Below, in pieces: positions 47,697 through 55,932 of a stretch of DNA of 64,000 bases; the first letter of the stretch is position 1; the number at the start of each line of letters is the position of its first letter. The DNA is taken from the sequence record MK308675.1. The stretch is one strand, 5' to 3'. The notes beneath the pieces are model-generated. The model saw only the letters and a program-made list of their open reading frames with translations, made no database searches and had not been told where the DNA came from. The translations under genes were made by a program, and so were the position numbers.

Positions 47697-48350
47697 TTAA
47701 ACTCCTGCTTTACTGTATAGTAGGTCGGTGAAGTTGTTTGGCTCAGGGCGCAGTACGTGAGGTTTAAGCTCAATACTAATCGGTTGAGTAATGATGATAA
47801 CGCGCTTGTCGTCTTCAAACGCTTCCAGGGCTTGGCGAGGTTTGCTTTTCTCATGGCAGTAGTTTGCTAACTCACTAAGCATGAAAGACTCTAGCGGAAC
47901 GAACGGAGTATCACCTAGTTTGTAAAGGATACCCGCTGACAAGGTAGTGTCGCCCACAACCCATAGTGTCTTACCATCAGGCAGAACGATAGTGATGAAT
48001 AGGTCAGCTGCGTACAAGCAGAACCAACTCTCGTAATCGCCAGGGTGGTCTTTAAGTAACTCTACTGTTGTAGACTGAACTGCAAAGTGATGTGCAGCAG
48101 CTTCTACCGCAGTGCCTTTCATGTAGGGTGCAAACGATACGGTTTCTTGGCAGTCTGACTCCAGAAGTAAATCTAGGTCAAGTGTTACTTTCTCAGACGG
48201 GGCAAACTTAAAGCAGAAATCGGTAACTGCGCAGATAATAGTTTTAACAGAAGCCAGCACGTTAGAATTGGTTTGGTAACCTACTTCGTCATTTGCTGTA
48301 AATGGGACTGCGCCTTTGATTACTACTTCGTGTTTAGTTTTGTAAGACAT
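47697..48350 (-). CDS. Hypothetical protein
   Basis: 217 aa; GGAG SD. Confidence 0.65.
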   Translation of the reverse strand: MSYKTKHEVVIKGAVPFTANDEVGYQTNSNVLASVKTIICAVTDFCFKFAPSEKVTLDLDLLLESDCQETVSFAPYMKGTAVEAAAHHFAVQSTTVELLKDHPGDYESWFCLYAADLFITIVLPDGKTLWVVGDTTLSAGILYKLGDTPFVPLESFMLSELANYCHEKSKPRQALEAFEDDKRVIIITQPISIELKPHVLRPEPNNFTDLLYSKAGV

Positions 48351-48361
48351 GATGTCTCTCC

Positions 48362-48916
48362 TTATAAATTGATGAATTTAAGAACACGTACTCGGTCGGA
48401 TACATTTGTTAAACCGAGTACGTTAGGGTTTTTGCGAGAGCGACATTCGAAGGAACCAAGTCCTGCCAAACGATAGCCCTCGCCCGTAATTAAAACCATT
48501 AGAAGAACATTTGCGAATGCCTCGCAGACCTTCTCTAGTTGACCGTATCGGATTGTCTCTGCAAAGACAGCCTTAGTCTTAGTGGAGACCATTTGAACGC
48601 GTATGCGGGCGCCTGAGTCTTTTGCGGCTTTAAACTTGTTAGTGACTTTAAACGCGACGGTAAAGGCTTCACTGCTGGCCTCCTTGTCTTTTAAGTTTTG
48701 AGTGTTAAAAGTAGAGCGTCTAATTCGGAAAGAGCCCAGGTTAGGGAACTTGAGCTCGACGGCTTCTTTAGAAAGCTTCCAGTGTTTAAGTCTGTCAGTA
48801 AGAACCTTCAAAAAGTTCTTTGCTAACTTTTCAGCTACTAGCGGGTCTAAGTTGTGATTGATGACCATGTCTTTAGCCATCTTCGCAGCTAGAACGTCTT
48901 CACGGAATAATGTCAT
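48362..48916 (-). CDS. Tandem HU/IHF-like DNA-binding protein
   Basis: Two HU signatures: LKFPNLGSFRIRRS...VAFKVTNKFK and GEGYRLAGLGSFECRSRK. Confidence 0.7.
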   Translation of the reverse strand: MTLFREDVLAAKMAKDMVINHNLDPLVAEKLAKNFLKVLTDRLKHWKLSKEAVELKFPNLGSFRIRRSTFNTQNLKDKEASSEAFTVAFKVTNKFKAAKDSGARIRVQMVSTKTKAVFAETIRYGQLEKVCEAFANVLLMVLITGEGYRLAGLGSFECRSRKNPNVLGLTNVSDRVRVLKFINL

Positions 48917-49319
48917 TAATTTTCTCTACGTGGATTTTAAGTTCAGGCAAAGCCTGGATGGTGCCGTCTTTAGTGGCCAGTTCTGCTTGGACTTCAATGT
49001 TGGTAAGCTTAGAGCGGTCTAAACCGTAGGGTAAAGACGCCCACACGAATACCGTTCGTTGATTGCCTTCTTCTAAGCAAGCCAAGCCAGTCCCAGTAGA
49101 TACCAAGACTCCTTGGTCAGTTACCCACTGTAACATAATGGACGAGCGGGAACAGTACATGTCCAGCCATTCCTTTTGTTGCTCATAAGCAGATAATTGA
49201 GGCGTTGCGTATTTATCTTCCGCGGGAACACTAAATAAAGGAAGCCCATAAGTGGTCTCGATGGGATTACGCATTACTCGGTTAAACGGCTGTCTACGCA
49301 GCAACTTTACAGTTTGCAT
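48900..49319 (-). CDS. Hypothetical protein
   Basis: 139 aa in operon. Confidence 0.6.
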   Translation of the reverse strand: MQTVKLLRRQPFNRVMRNPIETTYGLPLFSVPAEDKYATPQLSAYEQQKEWLDMYCSRSSIMLQWVTDQGVLVSTGTGLACLEEGNQRTVFVWASLPYGLDRSKLTNIEVQAELATKDGTIQALPELKIHVEKINDIIP

Positions 49320-49554
49320 TTTGATTCTCCACTCGACTTAAGTCGATAATAGCTACGCTTTCGATTTGCTCAATGTAGTATGGCATTACGGAAGCAGAAA
49401 AGCCCATAGTGGTCGTAGCAGTCCAATTGCTAGGAACCACAACGCGACGACCGTTACGGTCTTGGGTGATGACGGCAGGACTAGGGTTAATCCCGCCAAT
49501 CCAGTTAATAAGACAAAGACCAACTGGTAGTTTTTCGAAGGTCTCGATGTTCAT
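49294..49554 (-). CDS. Hypothetical protein
   Basis: 86 aa, TAATG-coupled. Confidence 0.6.
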   Translation of the reverse strand: MNIETFEKLPVGLCLINWIGGINPSPAVITQDRNGRRVVVPSNWTATTTMGFSASVMPYYIEQIESVAIIDLSRVENQNANCKVAA

Positions 49555-49889
49555 TAGTCGATTACCTCTAGCTGAGATATCATGTATGGAAAGTTCATGC
49601 CTTTAGCACAGTGTTTAATGCGGTCGTCCTTAATGATAAGGATGTTCGCGGGGTAGCGGCAACCTGGCTCGAAACCACGGTCGCTCTCATTAAGGCTTTC
49701 AACACGACCAATCATGTCAGTGCCACGAATCTGTACGCGCTTATCTAAGTTAGTAGCGACCCAGCGTCTTGCGGCATCGGTAGGTCCACCTTCAACAGCA
49801 CTGAAAAGCTTGTAAAGGTCAGCCGTAGCTTCAGGGTCTTTCTTGGCAGCGTCCAATAGTAGACCTGCTGTATTTTTATCCATTGACAT
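49554..49889 (-). CDS. Hypothetical protein
   Basis: 111 aa; GGAG SD. Confidence 0.6.
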   Translation of the reverse strand: MSMDKNTAGLLLDAAKKDPEATADLYKLFSAVEGGPTDAARRWVATNLDKRVQIRGTDMIGRVESLNESDRGFEPGCRYPANILIIKDDRIKHCAKGMNFPYMISQLEVID

Positions 49890-49917
49890 TTTTCTTCTCC
49901 GATTTTTAATAAAGGAT

Positions 49918-49945
49918 AAGATGGATATCCGCAGATACCCATCTT
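49918..49945 (-). terminator. Probable terminator
   Basis: AAGATGG...CCATCTT imperfect stem with CGCA loop. Confidence 0.55.
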
Positions 49946-49952
49946 GTTAGTT

Positions 49953-50675
49953 TTATTTTTCGCTTAAGCAAGCGGTTGTGTAGCGAGGCTCTTGCCAGAC
50001 GTGCGACTTAAGCCATTTGCGGTTAGGCCAGAACTTATTGTTGGCGAACTGGTCGCCATCAACTACGTTCACCCAGTAGTCTACGTCTTCGTGTACCACT
50101 TGGCGAATCTTAGTCATTACGCCTAGCTCGTCATACTTAGACTGCGTAAGTAGGCCGTCCATTTCAGTAGTATCGAACTTGGTTGCGTTAGCAGTATGTA
50201 CGACTTCGATAGCTTTCTGGATGTGGATGCCCATTCCGCGAGCAAACTTGATGGAATGTAGCAGTAGGTCGTGAATGCGAACAATGGCTTCACTGTAACG
50301 ATGTAACGTAAACAGCGTTTCAATGTCGCGAGCAATTTGGTACGAAACATGTGCTTCGTGCATGATTGCCTCTTCACCTTCTTCCAGCAAAGACTTCCAT
50401 TCTGTACCTACGGCTTCTTTAGGTTTAACGATTGAAAAATCCGCTAGATAAAGAAGACCATAACAAACGAACGCGGTATCTGGAATAGCATCCATTAGAC
50501 CATGTTCCCCGTGGTAGTCCTTGTTCTTCACGGCTACAATTTGTTCATGTGCTTCTTCTACTAAACACGCAGCGTTCATTAAGACCGAATGGTGGTCCTG
50601 CCGTACGCCAGCAATTTTATTAATATCCGAAACCTTTTTGTAGTTCGCTTGATGCATTAGATAATAAGACATCAT
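49953..50675 (-). CDS. MazG-like / PRA-PH-type NTP pyrophosphohydrolase
   Basis: LVEEAHE...LMDAIPDTAFVCYG and EVVHTANATKF motifs of the all-alpha NTP-PPase superfamily. Confidence 0.7.
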   Translation of the reverse strand: MMSYYLMHQANYKKVSDINKIAGVRQDHHSVLMNAACLVEEAHEQIVAVKNKDYHGEHGLMDAIPDTAFVCYGLLYLADFSIVKPKEAVGTEWKSLLEEGEEAIMHEAHVSYQIARDIETLFTLHRYSEAIVRIHDLLLHSIKFARGMGIHIQKAIEVVHTANATKFDTTEMDGLLTQSKYDELGVMTKIRQVVHEDVDYWVNVVDGDQFANNKFWPNRKWLKSHVWQEPRYTTACLSEK

Positions 50676-51013
50676 TTCTTCCTTAGAAAAATTCCATTGT
50701 TAAGAGGGATTGAGTTTAAGGCTTTTACAGATGCTTGCATTGGGTCTTTACCAAAAGCTTGGCCCTTGAAAGCTTTGCTATCTTTACGGCGAATGTCGTA
50801 GACAATAGCGCTGTAGCCATCGCGTCCACCTTCGGCACGGAACTCGATTGAGATTTTACCGACCTTAGGTAGTTCCTGAAGAGCTTTAAAGAAATCGTAC
50901 TTGATATCTTCTACTGACGCGTCTAAGCCGAGCTTGCTTAGTCGTTCACGGAAGCAGATAACTTCAAGGTCTGCGATTTCAGATTCATGCGTTAGTATAG
51001 TAGTAGAATGCAT
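50672..51013 (-). CDS. Hypothetical protein, LeuA-regulatory-domain-like
   Basis: FKGQAFGKDPMQASVKALN resembles LeuA [17 protein letters not shown]..LN. Confidence 0.45.
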   Translation of the reverse strand: MHSTTILTHESEIADLEVICFRERLSKLGLDASVEDIKYDFFKALQELPKVGKISIEFRAEGGRDGYSAIVYDIRRKDSKAFKGQAFGKDPMQASVKALNSIPLNNGIFLRKK

Positions 51014-51083
51014 GATTATTTCCTTTTTAGCTGTACTAGAAAATTGAGGCCTAGTGTTTATTTTACAACTAGGCCATATAGGT

Positions 51084-51422
51084 TTAAAGAGCCGTTGGGA
51101 AACTTAGCTTCTGTAGGTTCATGTAAACGTCTACCACGGAACCTGACAGTGGAGCGTCTCTATCTACAAGGCTTACTTTAAACTCATGCAGTGCTTGGAA
51201 CTGACTGCCCACTTCATGGAAGTCGGCCATGTCGATATCAAATACGATGCAGCGCTTATCTTCGTGATTGCAGTAGATAGGGTTAGTCATGTATGTCAGG
51301 AGCTTGCTCACATCCGTATTAAGGTGTTCGCGTGAGATTAACCACGACATAAACGGAGCACCGTCTTCACTCGGCACTTCTTCACGGTAAAGTTTGAATA
51401 GGTCTTTAAGTAGTTGTTTCAT
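51084..51422 (-). CDS. Hypothetical protein
   Basis: 112 aa; AAGGA SD; followed by hairpin 51048-51075. Confidence 0.6.
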   Translation of the reverse strand: MKQLLKDLFKLYREEVPSEDGAPFMSWLISREHLNTDVSKLLTYMTNPIYCNHEDKRCIVFDIDMADFHEVGSQFQALHEFKVSLVDRDAPLSGSVVDVYMNLQKLSFPTAL

Positions 51423-51600
51423 TGGAATATCCTTCTGTTATTTAAAACGTCGCTCGCTATCATATAGGAGGACTTATCGATGAGTCTTGAATTAGTTAGG
51501 AAGAAAACCATAATGGCCTTCCATGCACGAGTAAGGTGCCCTAGGCGCATTGCCGTAAGACAGCTAGTTGAAATTAAACGAAAACTTTTAAGGACAAGAT

Positions 51601-51924
51601 ATGGCAAGTATCAATCCCGCGTTCGTCAAAGAGAACTTGGCAACGCTAGAGAAGATGGCTCAGTCTCATTTGAGAACGGGAGCGGCAACAATCTCGCCAG
51701 GCGGCAAAGTAAAACTGGAAGTAAAGAAAGTAACCAAGCTTCCAGCAAAAGAAGCCGGAACTCAGTGGTTAGTAGAATCAAGAACAGACAAAGGCCATCT
51801 ACGTGAATGGGTAATCGATGCCCACAACGCAGCGGACTTCGTTCTCCAGTTCAATGTAGAAATGACTTACAAGCAAAGTACTCGTAACCCAGATACCTTT
51901 GCTGTTCATGCTTGGGTTGGTTAA
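51601..51924 (+). CDS. Hypothetical protein
   Basis: AAGGA SD; protein-like composition; terminator at 51934. Confidence 0.7.
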   Translation: MASINPAFVKENLATLEKMAQSHLRTGAATISPGGKVKLEVKKVTKLPAKEAGTQWLVESRTDKGHLREWVIDAHNAADFVLQFNVEMTYKQSTRNPDTFAVHAWVG

Positions 51925-51933
51925 AATGACTAT

Positions 51934-51957
51934 CTCTCCTAAGGAAACTTAGGAGAG
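51934..51957. terminator. Bidirectional terminator
   Basis: CTCTCCTAAG-GAAA-CTTAGGAGAG. Confidence 0.8.
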
Positions 51958-52335
51958 TATGTCTTCTAACATTTTTGTTGGGTCTGTAGCGTTAAAGACC
52001 TTAGGTACGAAGCCGACTTCTCTAAGCGCATATTGTTCTAAGCGAACAAAGTAGCGGAAGAACTCTTCTTCTTCACCTTCACTGTAAGCTAACAGAACCG
52101 TGGTAGCGAACATCTTATCGTAGCTCTCTTGCCACTCCCTAAAGGTATAAGCCATTAGGTTAGTGAGCTGTTGCAGCGATAAGTCTTTAGGGTCTTTAGC
52201 AGAGTTAGTCTCAACCTCTGCTTTGACGCGTATCCAATCGCGACCAATGCGGCGGGCATCATTGCGGTGTTTGCGCAATTCTTTAGCCGCTTTAACCCTT
52301 CTCGCTTGTAGCCACCATCGACAAAGATTTAACAT
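51949..52335 (-). CDS. Hypothetical protein
   Basis: 128 aa; GGGG SD. Confidence 0.6.
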   Translation of the reverse strand: MLNLCRWWLQARRVKAAKELRKHRNDARRIGRDWIRVKAEVETNSAKDPKDLSLQQLTNLMAYTFREWQESYDKMFATTVLLAYSEGEEEEFFRYFVRLEQYALREVGFVPKVFNATDPTKMLEDILS

Positions 52336-52338
52336 GTC

Positions 52339-53859
52339 TTATTCCCCTTTCTTACGATAGGCGTTAGCGTTCTCGATACCGCCGCTCCATAAAGAACATA
52401 GACCCAGTAGTTCGAGGAAGCTTTCTTTCGAATCGATGCTGCGCACGGGAGAGAAGGTAAAGTCTTCACGACAATAGTCCTTATCCGCAACAAACTTCAT
52501 CCACTCGACTTGGTTAGGTAAGTCGTGCGTATGACGTAAGCTACCTAAGGACTGGTTGTATGAAGCCATCGCCCATAACGCGTAGGTGTGTTCTCCATCA
52601 CTCTCTACAATATGCTCCCACGTGACATCGCCGTATCCCGGCAAACATGCAACTGGAACAGGCGCATCTTGAACCTTAGAGAACCGACAAGCTGCCCCGA
52701 AGTTTAGCATCTCCGCGGTTAGCTCTTGACAACCTCGAGGTACAAAGAACGCCCCGATGATGCCACTAGGGCCAGTCTTGTTGCGGCCGACTTCTACTTC
52801 CACATAGTGACCATTATGGAGCTCAACAGCACGCGAGATACGAAGGCTGTACGTAGACATGAACTTCAGAGTCTCAGGCACGCCGCAGAAGTTACCTCCC
52901 TTTTTCTCGGTCACTCCTCGAATTATAGGTACCGTACCATTACTACCTAACTGTAACATGGTCTGCTTACTTACAGCTAAGACCTCCATTGCCATATGTG
53001 CCAACGCCAGCGTTTTCTTATTACCGGTCTCTGACATGTTAGGCATGTACAGTGTAGTGTCGGCCACGGCGAAGTCACCAGACATAGGTACGATTCCGGC
53101 CGAAGCTGCCATGCGTAAGCTGGCCTTATAGCTAGAAAGATTATTAGGTAGAGAAACGCAGTTTTCTAGCAAATATTCCGAGCGGGCTTGATGTGGGCAA
53201 TCCATGTAGACGTGAATGGTCATAGGCGATGCAGTTTCCATTATCTGCTTATGCAGCCAATCGGTCAGCAAACGACGGAACACGATATATTCTTCAGATG
53301 AAGATACCAAGATATGACCATTGGGCATACCTACGTATTCTTCGCCAGAAGCGTGTACCTTTCTCATGCCGAGAAGAACATCCATCCATGTCTTAGTTTG
53401 AATCGGCATAGGTAAACGCGGGAACGTAGGGAATACCTGCCCAGCTAACCCTAGAGGCTTTACCTGTCCGGTATAGAAGTAACCGTTCCATTTAGGGTCT
53501 GCGACTATATCCTCAATATCGTCGTAGCGCTCGATATAACGGCAAAGGACACCGACCACGTGATTTAGAAGATGACTGATTTCAGAGATATTGACCTTAT
53601 CGTTCATGTAATCGTCCATAGTCACATTGACTTGGTCGTCCCACTTAACGAAAACTTCACACAGGTGGTTATTAGCGTTCACGTCATTTACCATAATGAC
53701 GTCGGCCTTCACGAAATGTTCATCACGTTCGGTGATGATAACGTCTACCGACTTCGTTCCGTAGATGCCGTAAAAGTTCTCTTTTACAGGAACCAGTTCG
53801 GTTTTAAGTGAGCCTTGGTCGTTCTTATGGATAAAGAAAGATACTGGAATCTTTTTCAT
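52339..53859 (-). CDS. Degenerate UvsX/RecA paralogue with extra N-terminal domain
   Basis: GVPETLKF and RNKTGPSGI match GVPEKFQY and RNKGGQSGI of 5139..6602; no Walker A. Confidence 0.6.
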   Translation of the reverse strand: MKKIPVSFFIHKNDQGSLKTELVPVKENFYGIYGTKSVDVIITERDEHFVKADVIMVNDVNANNHLCEVFVKWDDQVNVTMDDYMNDKVNISEISHLLNHVVGVLCRYIERYDDIEDIVADPKWNGYFYTGQVKPLGLAGQVFPTFPRLPMPIQTKTWMDVLLGMRKVHASGEEYVGMPNGHILVSSSEEYIVFRRLLTDWLHKQIMETASPMTIHVYMDCPHQARSEYLLENCVSLPNNLSSYKASLRMAASAGIVPMSGDFAVADTTLYMPNMSETGNKKTLALAHMAMEVLAVSKQTMLQLGSNGTVPIIRGVTEKKGGNFCGVPETLKFMSTYSLRISRAVELHNGHYVEVEVGRNKTGPSGIIGAFFVPRGCQELTAEMLNFGAACRFSKVQDAPVPVACLPGYGDVTWEHIVESDGEHTYALWAMASYNQSLGSLRHTHDLPNQVEWMKFVADKDYCREDFTFSPVRSIDSKESFLELLGLCSLWSGGIENANAYRKKGE

Positions 53860-53864
53860 GTTAG

Positions 53865-54308
53865 TTACTCCATTCCGTCTAGGATAAGAGGGATGCTCAC
53901 TTCTAGGTCAACGTCACCGTCTTCAAGATGGTATTTGAAACGTGCCTTACCTAGTTCAGCATCTAGAGGTGCGTCGTCGTTTAGACAACAGAACCAAGTC
54001 GCTCTTAGCTTGCCAGGTTCGTTAAAGTCGCTAAGTTGCAGCGGCGGAAGGTTCGCCCACGTACCGTCATTCTCGTCCATGTCTTCCCATTCTTTGTTAA
54101 AGATGAAGTGTAGTGTATTTTCAAACATGTTGTTGATGACAGACGTAGTGGTAGTATATGCGTCCAGTTTAGACGCACGGCCATCGATGTGACAAACGGC
54201 TAGGTAGCCAGTATCAACCATCTCTACTGCACCCTTTGCGTGCTCATTTAGAAGTCCTGTCTCAGAAACGACTTTAACAGAAACTGGATTTACTTTTAGG
54301 CCTTTCAT
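53865..54308 (-). CDS. Hypothetical protein
   Basis: 147 aa; GAGG SD. Confidence 0.65.
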   Translation of the reverse strand: MKGLKVNPVSVKVVSETGLLNEHAKGAVEMVDTGYLAVCHIDGRASKLDAYTTTTSVINNMFENTLHFIFNKEWEDMDENDGTWANLPPLQLSDFNEPGKLRATWFCCLNDDAPLDAELGKARFKYHLEDGDVDLEVSIPLILDGME

Positions 54309-54378
54309 GTTGTTATCCTCTAATTTTATGTGTCATACTCGACACGTTTTATTCACTACTATAAGGAATAGTAATTTG

Positions 54379-54930
54379 ATGCAAATGTTCTTAACCGTAC
54401 TTCGCTTCTTTGTTCTTCTACCTTTCCACTGGCTTGTGACGTTGCTTTGCTACATCCTAGCTCCAGTGTTACCTTTAACCGCTATTGGTAAAGAGACGTT
54501 ACCTAAATGGCTTTCGTGGTTCCAAACGCCTGACGCTCCACTCGATGGAGATTTAGGTTTCCGTTTAGAACATGAAGCCAAAGGAACACATCCTTATCTA
54601 CAGCGCGTCTATTGGTTATGGAGAAATCCAGCATATGGTTTCTCTTGGGGACTCTTAGCTTATCAATCTATCAAAGGAATGAAGATTCATACCTTGGGCG
54701 ATATTAAAGCGAAAGATGACCCTTATAAGGCAGGTTGGTCCATTAGCTGGACTGAGGACAAGAAGGCGTTTCAAGTACGGGCGTTTGTTCCAACCATCCC
54801 TGGTAAGTGTTTAAAGTTTAGGTTCGGTTGGAAACTGCGTTGGTTAGTCAACGACTGTAACGGAATTGCGAATGGCTCCAAACGTAAGTTCGTCTTCACT
54901 TGCAACCCGTTCAAATCTCGCCGTCCTTAA
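54379..54930 (+). CDS. Phage membrane-associated protein
   Basis: N-terminal hydrophobic helix; LPKWLSWFQTPDAPLDGD and WLWRNPAYG motifs; start after AAGGA SD. Confidence 0.65.
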   Translation: MQMFLTVLRFFVLLPFHWLVTLLCYILAPVLPLTAIGKETLPKWLSWFQTPDAPLDGDLGFRLEHEAKGTHPYLQRVYWLWRNPAYGFSWGLLAYQSIKGMKIHTLGDIKAKDDPYKAGWSISWTEDKKAFQVRAFVPTIPGKCLKFRFGWKLRWLVNDCNGIANGSKRKFVFTCNPFKSRRP

Positions 54931-54944
54931 TTAAGTTAGCCATT

Positions 54945-54975
54945 GGTCTCTTACTTCGGTAAGAGACCTTTTTTC
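54945..54975 (+). terminator. Intrinsic terminator
   Basis: GGTCTCTTAC-TTCG-GTAAGAGACC plus T-tract; second hairpin 54994-55011 serves the minus strand. Confidence 0.85.
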
Positions 54976-55023
54976 TTTTTACCCAAAAGAAAAGGCCCTA
55001 TTCAAAGGGCCCCGTAGGTAGTG

Positions 55024-55848
55024 TTAGTTTTCTAGTGCTTTAACTAGAGTTTTAGCTTCCGGTAGGGTCAGCTTAGATTCCAATAGGAATTTATCCAGAG
55101 CGTCACATACAGGAATCGTAGTGATGACGGTATTGTCCATCGTGATAGGCTGAGTCTTATCACGGACCCAAAGAATCTTCTTCTGACCATTGCGGAACTC
55201 GCGCCCAGTAAGCCCACACTTCTTAGAGCCCATGCGAGCCTTGAAGTTAGAGAACGATAGTGCATATGTGCCGCCATGGTTCTCTACAAAGACACCGAAC
55301 TCCATGTATGCGCGTGCTAAGAACAGTTCATTGTTCTCACTGCGCATCTCTTCGCTAAAGACGAAGAACGGAAGACCTTCTTGATTGAAAGACTTATGTT
55401 CCGGGACAATAGCGGCCTTTTCACCAGCGGCTAAAATGGTGGCACCGCAGTAACGTTCGCGAATTCCGCGTAAAGCTTCAGGGTTGAAGAGTGTTGCACA
55501 AAGCTTGTTACGAACTTCCATGAGGTGCTTACGTTGCGGCGTACTCGTATCATGGGACTCGAACAAGCGAGCTTTCTCTTCATTAGCGTCGTGGCGAACC
55601 AGACACACGTTACCTTTCTGATAAGGTAAGGCATTGTCGATACGCTCAATAGTAACACTATCCTCTTTACGTTCATCGTTCGAGAGAACCATGGGTAGGC
55701 CAGTATAATCACAGACACCGCCGTTGCGACGGAATAATTCACGCCAGTCATCGAGCGACAAGCGGAAACCAATATCACGAGAGCGCTTGCTTTGTGCTTT
55801 CGTTTCGTATTTGCGGTCCACTAATTGCTCATCGTACCATACAGACAT
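55024..55848 (-). CDS. HNH/His-Me-finger-like protein with duplicated domain
   Basis: CDYTG...TIERIDNALPYQKGNVCLV..DAN; degenerate second copy CGLTG...DNTVIT; start moved to 55848 (AAGGAG SD). Confidence 0.65.
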   Translation of the reverse strand: MSVWYDEQLVDRKYETKAQSKRSRDIGFRLSLDDWRELFRRNGGVCDYTGLPMVLSNDERKEDSVTIERIDNALPYQKGNVCLVRHDANEEKARLFESHDTSTPQRKHLMEVRNKLCATLFNPEALRGIRERYCGATILAAGEKAAIVPEHKSFNQEGLPFFVFSEEMRSENNELFLARAYMEFGVFVENHGGTYALSFSNFKARMGSKKCGLTGREFRNGQKKILWVRDKTQPITMDNTVITTIPVCDALDKFLLESKLTLPEAKTLVKALEN

Positions 55849-55898
55849 AATGTCTCCTTTGTTGGTCGTTGTAAAAAGATTAAGGTAAGAATAAGAAA

Positions 55899-55924
55899 CC
55901 CTCATCTCCCGAAAGAGATGAGGG
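55899..55924 (-). terminator. Intrinsic terminator
   Basis: CCCTCATCTC-CCGAAA-GAGATGAGGG. Confidence 0.8.
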
Positions 55925-55932
55925 GGATGTTA

